From: Escherichia phage FL31
Direction: 5' to 3' (one strand)
Sequence record: PP400782
DNA length: 64,000 nt
Positions 16,757 through 28,774 of this stretch are shown here, one piece after another (within the stretch, counting starts at the first letter, position 1; each line of letters opens with the position of its first letter). The translations under genes and the position numbers were made by a program. Under the pieces are notes generated by a model. That model was given only the letters and a program-made list of their open reading frames with translations, had not been told where the DNA came from and did not search any database.

Positions 16757-18489
16757 TGGAAATGATTAGTAGTAGCCTTAATTGGTTTGTAGGTGTTGTT
16801 GAAGACAGAATGGACCCATTGAAACAAGGGCGTGTTCGAGTACGAGTCGTAGGCCTGCATCCGGCGCAGAGAACACAAGGTGATGTACAAGGTATTCCTA
16901 CAGAAAAACTTCCATGGATGACTGTTATTCAACCTATTACGTCTGCATCAATGTCAGGTATTGGTGGTTCTGTTACAGGTCCTGTTGAAGGAACTCGAGT
17001 ATATGGTCATTTCTTAGACAAATGGAAAACAAACGGTATTGTACTCGGTACATACGGTGGAATCGTACGTGAAAAGCCTAATAGACTTGAAGGTTTTTCA
17101 GACCCGACAGGCCAGTATCCACGACGTTTAGGTAATGATACGAACGTATTAAACCAAGGTGGTGAAGCTGGTTATTATTCGAACTCTAACGTAATTCAAG
17201 ATAACAACTTGGATTATGGTATAAACCCAGACGATACAGATTTAGCAAATATTCCAGAAGATGATGACCCAAATTTTACAATAACAGAAATGTTACGTCG
17301 TGACGAAGGTCTTCGTGATAAAGTGTATTGGGACCATCTCGGATATCCTACAGTAGGTATTGGACACCTTATCGTAATGGAAAAGACCCGAGATATGTCT
17401 CGAATTAATAAATTGTTATCCGATCAAGTAGGGCGTGAAGTAACAGGAAATCCAGGGACTATTACATTAGAAGAAGCAACAGCGTTATTTGAGAAAGACC
17501 TTGCTAAGATGCAGAAAGACATTCGTTCTAATTCTAAAGTAGGTCCTGTTTATGCTAAAATGAACAGATCTCGCCAAATGGCATTAGAAAACATGTGCTT
17601 CCAAATGGGCGTTGGTGGTGTAGCAAAATTCAATACTATGCTTAAAGCAATGGCCGAAGGTGATTGGAAAACTGCATACAAATCTGGACGCGATTCATTA
17701 TGGTTCCAACAGACTAAAGGACGCGCTTCACGTGTAACAACAATTATTTTAACCGGTAACATGGAATCATACGGTGTTCCTGTTAAAACACCGCCTTCAC
17801 CAGGAGTTGGTGCCGATTTAGTTACTAGAAATACCGATCCAGAAGACCCGGCTGGTCCTCCTGTTCCATTAGATTCACGCATCCTTTTTAAAGAACCGGA
17901 ATCAAGTTATCGTGGTGAGTATCCATACGTTCATGCTATGGAAACAGAAAGTGGTCATATCCAAGAATTTGACGATACTCCAGGTAATGAACGTTATCGC
18001 TTAGTTCATCCAACAGGGTCATATGAGGAAGTTTCTCCATCCGGGCGTCGTACTCGTAAAACTGTAGAAGACCTTTTTGACATCACTAATGGTGATGGGA
18101 ACTTTTTGATTTCTGGCGATAAGCTTGTTAACGTTGGTGCTAATGAAATATATTATAACATGGCAGACCGCCTCCATCAAATAGATGGCAATGACACAAT
18201 CTTTATTCGTGGCAACCAAGTTAAAACTGTTGAAGGCGATGGAACTCTTTATGTTAAGGGTAATATCAAAATAGTTGTTGACGGAAATGCAGATATTCTT
18301 GTTAAAGGTGATGCTAAAACTCAGGTCGAAGGGAATCATGATTACACCGTAAACGGAAACGTTAAATGGACTGTTAATGGTAATGTTGATATGACTGTTA
18401 CCGGGGATTGGGCAGAGACAATGTCTACAATGAGCTCAATAGCTTCAGGACAATACACTGTTGACGGATCTCGTATTGATATTGGGTAA
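16756..18489 (+). CDS. 5: Baseplate hub and tail lysozyme gp5
   Basis: 577 aa; lysozyme-like core (EGLRDKVYWDHLGYPTVGIGHL) and C-terminal beta-helix repeats; TAATG overlap with gene 53. Confidence 0.95.
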   Translation: MEMISSSLNWFVGVVEDRMDPLKQGRVRVRVVGLHPAQRTQGDVQGIPTEKLPWMTVIQPITSASMSGIGGSVTGPVEGTRVYGHFLDKWKTNGIVLGTYGGIVREKPNRLEGFSDPTGQYPRRLGNDTNVLNQGGEAGYYSNSNVIQDNNLDYGINPDDTDLANIPEDDDPNFTITEMLRRDEGLRDKVYWDHLGYPTVGIGHLIVMEKTRDMSRINKLLSDQVGREVTGNPGTITLEEATALFEKDLAKMQKDIRSNSKVGPVYAKMNRSRQMALENMCFQMGVGGVAKFNTMLKAMAEGDWKTAYKSGRDSLWFQQTKGRASRVTTIILTGNMESYGVPVKTPPSPGVGADLVTRNTDPEDPAGPPVPLDSRILFKEPESSYRGEYPYVHAMETESGHIQEFDDTPGNERYRLVHPTGSYEEVSPSGRRTRKTVEDLFDITNGDGNFLISGDKLVNVGANEIYYNMADRLHQIDGNDTIFIRGNQVKTVEGDGTLYVKGNIKIVVDGNADILVKGDAKTQVEGNHDYTVNGNVKWTVNGNVDMTVTGDWAETMSTMSSIASGQYTVDGSRIDIG

Positions 18490-18492
18490 TAT

Positions 18493-19008
18493 ATGGCACA
18501 AATACTTCCTTTAAATACCGACTTAGGAGAAGACATGGAAGGGGCGTCTATTGACGTCCTTTTTACTCCGCAGTTAGAAACAACCGAAACTTTAGTGTCA
18601 ATAAATATAACAGATTATGAACCGACACAAGGCATTGCGGTAGATGGCAATCGTTTATATGGAACATATGAAAGTGTGTTTAGCTTTTCTTCAGATGCAT
18701 TGAAATACCGATTAAATGATGATTTTGAAACCGCATCTTCATGGGATGATTTACCAAAAGATGAATCCACACAGTTATATTTGTGGAGAGCTCCTCAGAA
18801 TCTTCGTAAAGTGTTTAGTTATACGGTTGAAATGATTTATAACTACCAAGAAGAAAGTTCATCAGGCGGTTCTAGAAGTGACTCTGGTACAGAACCTCCG
18901 CCAGCTCCGATACAAAAAACTCTTACTAAGGTTTATACAAAAACTATAGTAGGAAATTGGAGCAAATGGGCTCAACAATTACGAAACTATGTTTATGCGA
19001 GGCCATAA
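18493..19008 (+). CDS. 5.1: Conserved hypothetical protein, T4 5.1-like
   Basis: 171 aa between gene 5 and the PAAR-like 5.4, as in T4. Confidence 0.65.
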   Translation: MAQILPLNTDLGEDMEGASIDVLFTPQLETTETLVSINITDYEPTQGIAVDGNRLYGTYESVFSFSSDALKYRLNDDFETASSWDDLPKDESTQLYLWRAPQNLRKVFSYTVEMIYNYQEESSSGGSRSDSGTEPPPAPIQKTLTKVYTKTIVGNWSKWAQQLRNYVYARP

Positions 19009-19010
19009 AA

Positions 19011-19304
19011 ATGTCTGGATTAAGTTACGACAAGTGCGTTACAGCAGGTCATGAAGCATGGCCTCCTACTGTAATAAATGCTTCCCAATCTAAAGTGTTC
19101 ACCGGCGGTATTCCTGTTCTTGTGGCAGGAGACCAAATAACACCTCATACAGAAATTAAAAAACCATACGAGACTCATGGAGGTGTTACTGAACCTCGTA
19201 CATCTAAAGTATACGTCACCGGTAAAAAGGCCGTTCAAATGGCTGACCCAATTTCATGCGGGGATACTGTTTCTCAGGCCTCGTCAAAAGTCTTTATAAA
19301 ATAG
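19011..19304 (+). CDS. 5.4: Baseplate spike tip protein gp5.4 (PAAR-like)
   Basis: Trimmed to ATG 19011 ([20 protein letters not shown]...), 97 aa; matches T4 gp5.4 as recalled. Confidence 0.85.
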   Translation: MSGLSYDKCVTAGHEAWPPTVINASQSKVFTGGIPVLVAGDQITPHTEIKKPYETHGGVTEPRTSKVYVTGKKAVQMADPISCGDTVSQASSKVFIK

Positions 19305-19312
19305 GAATTAAA

Positions 19313-21283
19313 ATGGCAAACACTCCTGTAAATTATCAATTAACCCGAACAGCGAATGCTATTCCCGAGATTTTTATCGGGGGCACATTTGCCGAAATCA
19401 AACAGAACATTATCGAATGGCTTAATGGACAGAATGAATTTCTTGATTATGATTTTGAAGGTTCACGCTTAAACGTATTGTGTGACCTTTTAGCATATAA
19501 TACTCTTTATATCCAACAGTTCAGTAATAGTGCAGTGTATGAAAGCTTTATGCGTACTGCTAACTTGCGCAGTTCCGTTGTACAAGCGGCTCAGGATAAT
19601 GGATATCTGCCTGCATCTAAATCAGCAGCACAAACAGAAATTATGCTCACATGTACGGATGCATTAAATAGAAACTATATCACTATTCCACGTGGTACTC
19701 GTTTCCTGGCGTATGCTAAAGGTACTTCTGTAAATCCATATAACTTTGTTTCCACCGAAGACGTCATTGTAGTTAAAGACAAAAATAATCAATATTTCCC
19801 ACGTCTTAGGTTAGCTCAGGGACGTATTGTTCGTACTGAATTAATATTTGATAAATTAAAACCTATCATTATTCGTGATAAGAACATCGACCGTAATTTG
19901 GTTAAATTGTATGTTGACGGAGCAGAATGGATTAACTGGACTCGCAAATCGATGGTTCATGCTGGTTCTACTTCAACCATTTATTATATGCGAGAAACTG
20001 TTGACGGGAACACTGAATTTTATTTTGGTGAAGGTGAAATCTCTATTAACACATCAGAAGGTGCTTTAACATCCAACTACATTGGTGGCCTTAAACCTGT
20101 CCAGGGTTCTAAAATCGTAATTGAATATATTTCTACTAATGGTGCTGAAGCAAATGGTGCAGTAGGATTCTCTTATGCTGATACATTAGCTAATATCACA
20201 GTTATTGGAATTAATGAAAACCCAAGTAATAACCCTGACTTCGTTGGTGCGGATGGCGGTGGCGACCCTGAAGATATTGAACGTATCCGTGAATTAGGTA
20301 CAATTAAACGTGAAACTCAACAACGATGTGTGACTGCGACTGATTACGACACATTCGTCTCTGAACGATTTGGTTCTATTATTCAAGCGGTTCAGACATT
20401 TACGGATTCATCTAAGCCTGGGTACGCATTTATTGCTGCTAAACCTAAGTCTGGGTTATATTTGACTTCCGTCCAACGAGATGATATTAAAAATTATCTT
20501 AATGAGTATAACTTAGGGACGATAACTCCTGTTGTTATTTCTCCTGATTATTTGTTTATTAAAATGAATATTCGCGTTACGTATGCATTGAACAAATTAC
20601 AGGAATCTGAACAATGGTTAGAAGGCCAAATTATTAATAAAATCGACCGTTATTATATTGAAGACGTGGAAATTTTTAACTCGTCATTCGCAAAATCTAA
20701 AATGTTAACGTATGTCGATGACGCGGATATTTCTATCATTGGTTCGTCTGCGACTATTCAAATGGTTCGCGAGGTACAGAACTTCTACAAAACACCTGAA
20801 ACAGGTATTAAATACAATAACCAGATTAAAGATAGAACATTAGAATCTAACGTGTTTTCATTTGATAGTTTACGCGTTGACCCTGAAACGGAAGCTACTA
20901 TTAAATACGACGTTCGCATTGTAGGTTCAGATAGAAATGACCGCGGCATTGGACAAGTTATTATTGGCCCGTTTGCAGATGGCGACGTTATAGAAAACGC
21001 TTATATTCAACCATATACTGGTGACGATTTTAATAAACTTCATGTTACGGACGGAAGAAACAAATATTACTCTATAGGTGAAGTAAATTATCCGGCTGAT
21101 TCAATTTATTGGAATATAGCTAAAATTGATTTAACTTCTGATAGGTTTGAAGTTCAAACTATTGAACTCTATTCAGACCCAGCTGATGATGTTATCTTTA
21201 CTAAAGACGGGTCATTAATTGTATTTGAAAATGACTTACGTCCACAATATTTAACCATAGATTTGGAGCCTATTTCACAATGA
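19313..21283 (+). CDS. 6: Baseplate wedge protein gp6
   Basis: Trimmed to ATG 19313 (MANTPVNYQLTRTANAIPEIF...), 656 aa. Confidence 0.9.
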   Translation: MANTPVNYQLTRTANAIPEIFIGGTFAEIKQNIIEWLNGQNEFLDYDFEGSRLNVLCDLLAYNTLYIQQFSNSAVYESFMRTANLRSSVVQAAQDNGYLPASKSAAQTEIMLTCTDALNRNYITIPRGTRFLAYAKGTSVNPYNFVSTEDVIVVKDKNNQYFPRLRLAQGRIVRTELIFDKLKPIIIRDKNIDRNLVKLYVDGAEWINWTRKSMVHAGSTSTIYYMRETVDGNTEFYFGEGEISINTSEGALTSNYIGGLKPVQGSKIVIEYISTNGAEANGAVGFSYADTLANITVIGINENPSNNPDFVGADGGGDPEDIERIRELGTIKRETQQRCVTATDYDTFVSERFGSIIQAVQTFTDSSKPGYAFIAAKPKSGLYLTSVQRDDIKNYLNEYNLGTITPVVISPDYLFIKMNIRVTYALNKLQESEQWLEGQIINKIDRYYIEDVEIFNSSFAKSKMLTYVDDADISIIGSSATIQMVREVQNFYKTPETGIKYNNQIKDRTLESNVFSFDSLRVDPETEATIKYDVRIVGSDRNDRGIGQVIIGPFADGDVIENAYIQPYTGDDFNKLHVTDGRNKYYSIGEVNYPADSIYWNIAKIDLTSDRFEVQTIELYSDPADDVIFTKDGSLIVFENDLRPQYLTIDLEPISQ

Positions 21284-24200
21284 CAGTAAAAGCGCCAGCA
21301 GTCACGAGTCTCAGATTATCTAAATTGTCCGCAAACCAAGTTCAAATTCGCTGGGATGAGGTTGGCGCTAATTTCTACTATTTTGTGGAAATAGCTGAGA
21401 CCAAAACAGCTAACGGGGAAGTAATTCCACGTAATAGCTATAGATGGACTAATTTAGGATATACCGCTGATAACAATTTCTTTGAGTCCGGTTTAAATTC
21501 ATTAACAACATATATGATGCGTGTGGCTACAGCAGCGGAGGGATTTGAGCAGTCTGATTGGAGATACACCGAAGAGTTTGAAACATTTGAAATAAACGCT
21601 TACACATTCCAACATATGATTGAAATGCAATTAGCTAATGAGTTTATTTCTGAAAAATTTACAAAAAATAATACAAACTACGTTGATTTTAATAATGACA
21701 CGATCATGGCAGCCCTGATGAGCGAGTCGTTCCAATTTAGTCCTGCATACACCGATGTGTCGTCGATTAGAAATTTTATAATTGGTGAAAATCAGTATCA
21801 TGAAATCCAGGGGCATATCCAGGACGTATGTAAAGATATAAATCGAGTATATCTAATGGAATCTGAAGGAATTCTTTACCTTTTTGAAAGATTCCAACCT
21901 ATTGTAAAAGTGTCTAATGATAAAGGCCAAACATGGAAAGCGGTTAAATTGCTTAATGACCGTGTAGGATATCCACTTTCACGAACTGTATATTACCAAT
22001 CAGAATATACGACGTATTTGCTCGGCTATGATAAGATTTTTTACGGGCGTAAATCATCCGATATTCGTTGGTCTGCTGATGATGTTCGTTTCAGTTCACA
22101 AGATGTAACATTTGCTAAAATCGGGGACCGATTAAATTTAGGTTTTGATGTAGAGATTTTCGGTACATACGCGTCATTACCAGGAAACGTATCACGTATT
22201 GCAGAAGCTATTACTTGTAATGATGACTATGTTTATATTGCGGCCAGAGATAAAGTTCGCTTCGTTAAAACCAGTAACGCTCCTATTGATTCAGATCCAT
22301 TATCTCCGACCTATTCCGAACGGTTGTTTGAACCTGAGACGTTTACAATAACAGGCAACCCTAAAGCAGTTTGTTATAAAATGGATTCTGTTGGTGGAAG
22401 AATATTCGCTCTTATTATTGGTGAAGTCGAAAACGTTAATGACGACCCAAGAACAAAGCCTATTTTGGATTCCGTTGATAAAGGTGTATACGTTTTAGAC
22501 CATGACGCTGGAACATTTAAAAGGATATTTGGTAATACCGAAGAAGAACGCCGTCGTATAGAACCGGCTTTCACCAATATGTCTACTGATGGTGTTGAGC
22601 TTTATATCTCTTCTAGTAATTTTAAATTTTTAGAATCTGATATTGTTGACGACCCAGAAACGCAATCTAAGTATGGACTTTTAGAAGCAGTTAAGTATGA
22701 ATATCCTAGAGAATGGCTCGCAGATAAACATTACCATATGATGATTTTCGCATCAAACGAAGAAAGTAATTGGGAAACTTTTTCACCAACTCCTATGCAG
22801 TATTATGCAGAACCTTTCTTTAGTTATTCTAGAAAATCAGGCACACGTTCTTGGATTAATAACTCTGATAGAGCGGTAGTGATTTATTCTGATTTGCTTT
22901 ACACAAAGGTAGTGGAAAGCCACCCTAGCACTTCACCTGATCGCAAAGTTCATGAATACTGGAATGATGGCGATTGTAAGATTGTTATGCCGAATATAGA
23001 ATTCACCGGATTTAAAAAATACGCATCTGGTATGTTATTTTATAAATCATCAGGTGAAATAATTTCATATTATGATTTTAGTTATCGTGTTAGAGATAAC
23101 GTTTCTATAATTTGGAAGCCCACTAACGTATTCTTGACCGCCTCATTACAAAACCAAGAAAAAGAAACTTCTTGGGTTCCTGTTGAAGAGACAGGTCTAG
23201 CTGACCCGGATTTACGCCCATTACTCACTACAATGATGCCAGAGTCTTATCTGTTGGATAATACAAACTTTGAAGCATTTTGTGAAGCGTATATTCAATA
23301 TCTTTCTGATGGATACGGGACTCATTATAATAACTTATTGAATTTGATTAAAAATAAATACCCACGAGAAGAACACGCCTGGGAATATCTTTGGTCTGAA
23401 ATTTATAAACGGAACATTTATTTGAATGCTGAGAAACGTGATTTAGTTTCTAGGTTCTTTGAGTCCAGAAGTTATGATTTTTATTCTACTAAAGGAACTG
23501 AAGCGTCGTATAAGTTTTTGTTTAAAGTTCTTTATAACGAAGACGTTGAAGTTGAAATCGAGTCATCTGCTGGAACAGAGTACGATATCATAATTCAATC
23601 TGATTCTATAAGTGAAGATTTGGTTGGACAAACTATATACACCGCTACAGGTAGATGTAATGTTACATATTTAGAAAGAAGCTATTCTAAAGGTAAATTA
23701 CAATGGACTGTGACTATTCATAACCTTTTAGGTAGGCTTTTAGTCGGTCAAGAAGTAAAAGCCGAAAGACTAGCAGATTTTGAAGGTGAAATAGTTCGCG
23801 GTATTAAAGGTAAAGAACTTGCCCAAAACACTATCGATTATTTTAATCGTGGTAGAGCTTATTACGTCATGAAAATAAAGTCAAATCTTCCATCCTCTCG
23901 TTGGAAATCTGACGTACTACGTTTTGTACATCCGGTAGGATTTGGATTTATTGCAATAACCTTATTAACAATGTTTATTAATACAGGATTAACGCTTAAA
24001 CATGTTGGAACTATTATTAATAAATATAAAAATTATAAGTGGGATTCCGGACTGCCTACGGAATATGCAGACCGAGTCGCTCGTTTAGACCCTCAAGGTA
24101 ATGTGGAATTCAATCCTGTTACAGGTGAAGTAATTTATGATGCTGGTCCTTATGCTGGTATCGAATACCCTTTACCTGCAAATTATAACGAAGAAAATGA

Positions 24201-24378
24201 TAACTCTATTTTCCAAGGACAATTACCGTCCGAACGACGCAAGCAAATGAGCCCATTATTTGATGCATCAGGTACAACGTTCTCTAGATTTAGAGAGCTT
24301 GTTAATGAAAGATTGTTAGATAACGTGGGAAATCCTAGAGACCCGATTAATCCACCACAGGTTAAATTAGATGAATGA
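21280..24378 (+). CDS. 7: Baseplate wedge protein gp7
   Basis: 1032 aa, same length as T4 gp7; ATGA overlap with gene 6. Confidence 0.9.
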   Translation: MTVKAPAVTSLRLSKLSANQVQIRWDEVGANFYYFVEIAETKTANGEVIPRNSYRWTNLGYTADNNFFESGLNSLTTYMMRVATAAEGFEQSDWRYTEEFETFEINAYTFQHMIEMQLANEFISEKFTKNNTNYVDFNNDTIMAALMSESFQFSPAYTDVSSIRNFIIGENQYHEIQGHIQDVCKDINRVYLMESEGILYLFERFQPIVKVSNDKGQTWKAVKLLNDRVGYPLSRTVYYQSEYTTYLLGYDKIFYGRKSSDIRWSADDVRFSSQDVTFAKIGDRLNLGFDVEIFGTYASLPGNVSRIAEAITCNDDYVYIAARDKVRFVKTSNAPIDSDPLSPTYSERLFEPETFTITGNPKAVCYKMDSVGGRIFALIIGEVENVNDDPRTKPILDSVDKGVYVLDHDAGTFKRIFGNTEEERRRIEPAFTNMSTDGVELYISSSNFKFLESDIVDDPETQSKYGLLEAVKYEYPREWLADKHYHMMIFASNEESNWETFSPTPMQYYAEPFFSYSRKSGTRSWINNSDRAVVIYSDLLYTKVVESHPSTSPDRKVHEYWNDGDCKIVMPNIEFTGFKKYASGMLFYKSSGEIISYYDFSYRVRDNVSIIWKPTNVFLTASLQNQEKETSWVPVEETGLADPDLRPLLTTMMPESYLLDNTNFEAFCEAYIQYLSDGYGTHYNNLLNLIKNKYPREEHAWEYLWSEIYKRNIYLNAEKRDLVSRFFESRSYDFYSTKGTEASYKFLFKVLYNEDVEVEIESSAGTEYDIIIQSDSISEDLVGQTIYTATGRCNVTYLERSYSKGKLQWTVTIHNLLGRLLVGQEVKAERLADFEGEIVRGIKGKELAQNTIDYFNRGRAYYVMKIKSNLPSSRWKSDVLRFVHPVGFGFIAITLLTMFINTGLTLKHVGTIINKYKNYKWDSGLPTEYADRVARLDPQGNVEFNPVTGEVIYDAGPYAGIEYPLPANYNEENDNSIFQGQLPSERRKQMSPLFDASGTTFSRFRELVNERLLDNVGNPRDPINPPQVKLDE

Positions 24379-25375
24379 TTCAAGTGTTGTCTATCGTTCG
24401 ATAGTTACTTCAAAATTTAGAACTGAAAAAATGTTGAATTTCTACAATTCAATAGGTGATGGTGATAATAAAAACACCATCTTTATAACGTTTGGTCGGT
24501 CTGAACCATGGGCTGCTAATGAAAATGAGGTGGGCTTCGCCCCGCCGTATCCAACAGACTCGGTTTTAGGTGTAACAGATATGTGGACTAACATGATGGG
24601 TTTAGTTAAAGTTATCCCATCTATGTTAGACTCGGTTATTCCTAGACGTGACTGGGGAGATATTCGTTATCCAGACCCTTATACATTCAAAATAAATGAT
24701 ATAGTCGTATGTAATACAGCCCCTTATAATGCTACTGAAGACGGGGCAGGATGGTTAGTATATCGTTGCGTAGATGTTCCTGATGTTGGGATGTGTTCTA
24801 TTGAGTCTCTCGACAACAAAGAAGAATGTCTTAAATTAGGTGGTAAATGGACTCCATCTGTTAGGTCTTTAACACCTCCTGAAGGCCGTGGAGATGCTGA
24901 AGGGATTATCGAAGTTGGTGATGGATATATATGGGAGTATCTTTATGAGATTCCACCTGATGTGTCTATAAACCGATGTACTAATGAATATATAGTCGTT
25001 CCATGGCCGGAAGAAGTTAAAGAAGACCCTGCTCGTTGGGGATATGAAAACAATCTAACCTGGCAACAAGATGATTTTGGCCTTGTGTATAGAGTTAAAG
25101 CAAACATAATTCGTTTTAAAGCCTATTTAGACTCAGTTTATTTCCCTAATGCAGCACTGCCTGGTAATAAAGGATTTAGACAAATTTCTATTATCACAAA
25201 CCCGTTGGAAGCTAAACTCCGTCCTAATGACCCTAATATAAAAGCTGAAAAGGATTATTATGACCCCAGAGATTTACAGCGTCATTCTGGTGAAATGATT
25301 TATATGGAAAACCGTCCACCTATTATTATGGCAATGGACCAAACCGAAGAGATCAATATTTTGTTTATGTTCTAA
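24371..25375 (+). CDS. 8: Baseplate wedge protein gp8
   Basis: 334 aa, same length as T4 gp8; synteny. Confidence 0.9.
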   Translation: MNDSSVVYRSIVTSKFRTEKMLNFYNSIGDGDNKNTIFITFGRSEPWAANENEVGFAPPYPTDSVLGVTDMWTNMMGLVKVIPSMLDSVIPRRDWGDIRYPDPYTFKINDIVVCNTAPYNATEDGAGWLVYRCVDVPDVGMCSIESLDNKEECLKLGGKWTPSVRSLTPPEGRGDAEGIIEVGDGYIWEYLYEIPPDVSINRCTNEYIVVPWPEEVKEDPARWGYENNLTWQQDDFGLVYRVKANIIRFKAYLDSVYFPNAALPGNKGFRQISIITNPLEAKLRPNDPNIKAEKDYYDPRDLQRHSGEMIYMENRPPIIMAMDQTEEINILFMF

Positions 25376-25379
25376 TTTA

Positions 25380-25397
25380 GGGAGACTTCGGTCTCCC
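25380..25397 (+). terminator. UUCG-tetraloop hairpin after gene 8
   Basis: GGGAGAC-TTCG-GTCTCCC followed by TTT; identical 18-mer recurs at 44721-44738. Confidence 0.55.
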
Positions 25398-25404
25398 TTT
25401 CGTG

Positions 25405-25412
25405 TATAAATA
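25405..25412 (+). promoter_or_regulatory. Late promoter TATAAATA for gene 9
   Basis: TATAAATA 25 nt upstream of the gp9 ATG; AAGGA RBS. Confidence 0.6.
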
Positions 25413-25437
25413 GTATAAACTATTAAGGATTAGCCAC

Positions 25438-26301
25438 ATGTATATTCAAACTCCAAAACAATTGATTGACGTTGGCGAAATTGGTAACGCTTCTACAGGC
25501 GATATCCTTTTTGACGGCGGTGTTAAAATAAACAGTGATATAAATGCTATTTACAACGCGTTTGGTGATCAACGAAAAATGGCAACTGCTAATGGGACAG
25601 GACCAAATGGACAAATAATCCATGCCACTGGATACTACCAAAAAGGAGGTCCTACTGATTATTTCACCCCTGTTCCAGTAGGAAGTAGACATGACATAGA
25701 TGCTTCTACCGGTGGTGTTATTGTTACTGTTGCTAGAGGTGAACTCGGTGATTCCGTGGAATTTATAAATTCAAACGGGTCAATTTCTGTAAACAACCCA
25801 TTAAGTATCCAAGCATTAGATTCTATTAAAGGTGTTGCAGGTAATTTAGTTATAACTACACCTTATACTAAAGTTACTCTTCGTTGTATTTCTTCTGGTG
25901 CAGGCGGTTCAATATGGGATTATTCTACAGAAAGTATGTTTAGTCATACCGAAATTCCTGTAGACGGGACATGGAATATTATTTCAGACTATGTCAATAT
26001 TCCTCTATTTTATAAAACTGAATATAATGCTGCTAAACTTTTGGTTACATGCCAATCTGCCAACGGTAGAAAAATTAAATCATGTGAAATAAATATTCTA
26101 ATAGATACAATTAATTCAAGAGTTATTTCAACCGAATACGCAGTGATGCGCGTTGGAAATGATAACGAAGAAGATGAAATTGCGAATATTAGTTTTTCGA
26201 TAATTAACAATTTTGCCACTATGACAGTTTCTTCACATATAAATGGTCTTCGAGTGGCAGCTAAAGTTATTTCAACTCAGAAAATTAGGGTCGCTCAATA
26301 A
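25438..26301 (+). CDS. 9: Baseplate wedge protein gp9 (long tail fibre socket)
   Basis: 287 aa; IDVGEIGNASTGDILFDGG... matches T4 gp9 as recalled. Confidence 0.9.
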   Translation: MYIQTPKQLIDVGEIGNASTGDILFDGGVKINSDINAIYNAFGDQRKMATANGTGPNGQIIHATGYYQKGGPTDYFTPVPVGSRHDIDASTGGVIVTVARGELGDSVEFINSNGSISVNNPLSIQALDSIKGVAGNLVITTPYTKVTLRCISSGAGGSIWDYSTESMFSHTEIPVDGTWNIISDYVNIPLFYKTEYNAAKLLVTCQSANGRKIKSCEINILIDTINSRVISTEYAVMRVGNDNEEDEIANISFSIINNFATMTVSSHINGLRVAAKVISTQKIRVAQ

Positions 26302-28115
26302 TGAAACAAAATATTAAAATTGGGAACGTCGTTGATGACGGACAAGGCGATTACCTTCGTCGTGGTGGTGCAAAAATTAATGAAAACTTTGATGAGTTGT
26401 ATTATGAATTAGGCGATGGCGAAGTTCCATATTCCGCTGGTGCCTGGAAAACATACCATTCTTCAGATGGACTTAATTTAGCTGCTGAATGGGGTAAATC
26501 ATACGCAATTGATACTTCAACAGGGCGTGTTTCTATAAATTTACCTAAAGGAACAGTGGAAGATTATAATAAAGTAATTAGAGCCCGTGATGTATTCGCC
26601 ACATGGAATATTAACCCTGTAACATTAATTGCTGCCAGCGGTGATACTATTAAAGGTTCTTCTAGCCCAGTAGAAATCAATGTGCAGTTTTCAGACTTAG
26701 AATTAGTTTACTGTTCTCCTGGGCGATGGGAATACGTTAAAAATAAACAAATAGACAAAATTACTAGTTCTGATATTAGTAGTGTAGCTCGTAAAGAATT
26801 TTTAGTCGAAGTTCAAGGTCAAACTGATTTTCTTGATGTATTTGGGTCTGTTTCTTATAATGTGAATAATATCCGTGTAAAACATCGTGGTAACGAATTA
26901 TACTACGGTGATGCGTTCAGTGACAATAGTGACTTTGGTTCTCCAGGAGCTAATCCTGGTGAAATCGTTGCATTAGATGGTAAAAACATCCGTTTAAGAC
27001 AACCATGTAATATTGGCGACACCGTACAAATTGAAACCTTTTTGGATGGGATTACACAATTACGCAGTTCTTATTCTCGCCGCCAAATACGTATTTTAGA
27101 TTCGAAATTAACAACCCGTCCTTCCTTAGAAGGAAGTGTATATGTCGCTGATTTGTCAACTTTGAAATCTATTCCTTTTTCGGCATTTGGAGTTAATCCT
27201 TCAGAACCTGTCAATACTAATTCTTTAGAAGTTCGTTTTAATGGTATTCTTCAAGAATTAGCTGGTACTGTTGGTTTACCTATGTTCAGATGTGAAGGTG
27301 CTGATGCAGAAACTTCTACCGAGTGTTCAGCTTTAGGTGGGACTTGGGTTACATCTAACACCGATTATTCTATTGAATATGATGATAACGATGCAACTAT
27401 TGCACGTGCTTTAGTCTTTGACCGTAAGTTTGAAGACCAAGACATTATTGATATTACATGGTTTAATAACGATTTAGGCACTTTATTAAGTATCGATGAC
27501 ATTTTAGATACAACTGATGAAAGATATGTTGCACAAGGTGCAACCGTAAATGTGACCGGCGATGTGGCTTTGACCGATTTCAATAATATCGGATGGCCTA
27601 ATGTAGAATCTGTTCCGGCATATAGCAGGGAATTCTCATCTATTGCAAATATTTTTAACACTATTTACCCTGTCGGTACTATTTACGAAAATGCAGTGAA
27701 CCCTAATAACCCAGCCACGTATTTAGGATTTGGCTCTTGGAAATTATGGGGACAAGGAAAAGTATTAGTTGGATGGAACGACGATATTAGCGATCCTAAT
27801 TTTGCATTAAATAATAACGACCTTGATTCTAGCGGGAATCCTACACATACCGCCGGTGGAACAGTCGGAACAACGTCTAACACACTAACTAATTCTGATT
27901 TACCTCCTACTCAAACTGACGAGAAAGTTCTTATTTCCGATGAGAACGGTACAATTATTATTGGTGGCTGTCAATACGACCCTGATGCAGAAGGTCCTAT
28001 ATACACCAAATACCGTGAAGGCCACGCCACAACGAATAGTACACACATACCGCCTCAAGCCGTAAATAATATTCAACCGTCAATTACCGTATACCGTTGG
28101 GTAAGGATTGCATAA
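26301..28115 (+). CDS. 10: Baseplate wedge protein gp10
   Basis: 604 aa; synteny 9-10-11-12. Confidence 0.9.
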   Translation: MKQNIKIGNVVDDGQGDYLRRGGAKINENFDELYYELGDGEVPYSAGAWKTYHSSDGLNLAAEWGKSYAIDTSTGRVSINLPKGTVEDYNKVIRARDVFATWNINPVTLIAASGDTIKGSSSPVEINVQFSDLELVYCSPGRWEYVKNKQIDKITSSDISSVARKEFLVEVQGQTDFLDVFGSVSYNVNNIRVKHRGNELYYGDAFSDNSDFGSPGANPGEIVALDGKNIRLRQPCNIGDTVQIETFLDGITQLRSSYSRRQIRILDSKLTTRPSLEGSVYVADLSTLKSIPFSAFGVNPSEPVNTNSLEVRFNGILQELAGTVGLPMFRCEGADAETSTECSALGGTWVTSNTDYSIEYDDNDATIARALVFDRKFEDQDIIDITWFNNDLGTLLSIDDILDTTDERYVAQGATVNVTGDVALTDFNNIGWPNVESVPAYSREFSSIANIFNTIYPVGTIYENAVNPNNPATYLGFGSWKLWGQGKVLVGWNDDISDPNFALNNNDLDSSGNPTHTAGGTVGTTSNTLTNSDLPPTQTDEKVLISDENGTIIIGGCQYDPDAEGPIYTKYREGHATTNSTHIPPQAVNNIQPSITVYRWVRIA

Positions 28116-28774
28116 TGACCATACTTAATACTAAAGCGGGAGTAATATCCCGCGAAGCAGATTTTTTAGGATTTAGAAAAAATCCTACTCAAATTGATAT
28201 TTTAAACAACCAAGGCGTAGGTTCTGTAACCATTTCTCAATTGGCAAAAGGATTCTACGATGATAACGTAGAATCTGCAATAAACGATGTTCATAATATT
28301 GCTAGAGCAGATGTAGGAACAGTTACAATTAACACCTCAGGTGTATCTCCTGAAGGAACTTCACAGGTAGATTATTGGTCCTTTAGTGGAAGTGTAACTG
28401 ACCCTAGTTTGCCCGATGGAAGCCCTGTTATTGTAAAAGTTTACGGGCTTCCTGTTAATGCTACTGTAGGTATGACAGCCGACGAATTTGTTGTACAATT
28501 ACGTACTACTCTCCGGAATGCGATTTCCGACCAATTGGCTATTGCAGAGTATAAAGATGACCCTACTGTTGGGACTAAATTACAAATAACATATTTAGAT
28601 AACCAAAGACACGTACTCCCAACGTATTCCTCTTATGGTATCACGGTTTCTCAAGAAATAGTGTCTCAGGCTAAGTCCGGGTACGGCACTTGGAATTTAC
28701 TAGGTGCGCAAACCATTACTCTTGACAACCATATTTCACCTACAACCTTTTATTATTTTGTGAGAACCGCATGA
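28115..28774 (+). CDS. 11: Baseplate wedge protein gp11 (short tail fibre attachment)
   Basis: Trimmed to ATG 28115 ([20 protein letters not shown]...), 219 aa; TAATG overlap with gene 10; track start is TTG. Confidence 0.9.
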   Translation: MTILNTKAGVISREADFLGFRKNPTQIDILNNQGVGSVTISQLAKGFYDDNVESAINDVHNIARADVGTVTINTSGVSPEGTSQVDYWSFSGSVTDPSLPDGSPVIVKVYGLPVNATVGMTADEFVVQLRTTLRNAISDQLAIAEYKDDPTVGTKLQITYLDNQRHVLPTYSSYGITVSQEIVSQAKSGYGTWNLLGAQTITLDNHISPTTFYYFVRTA

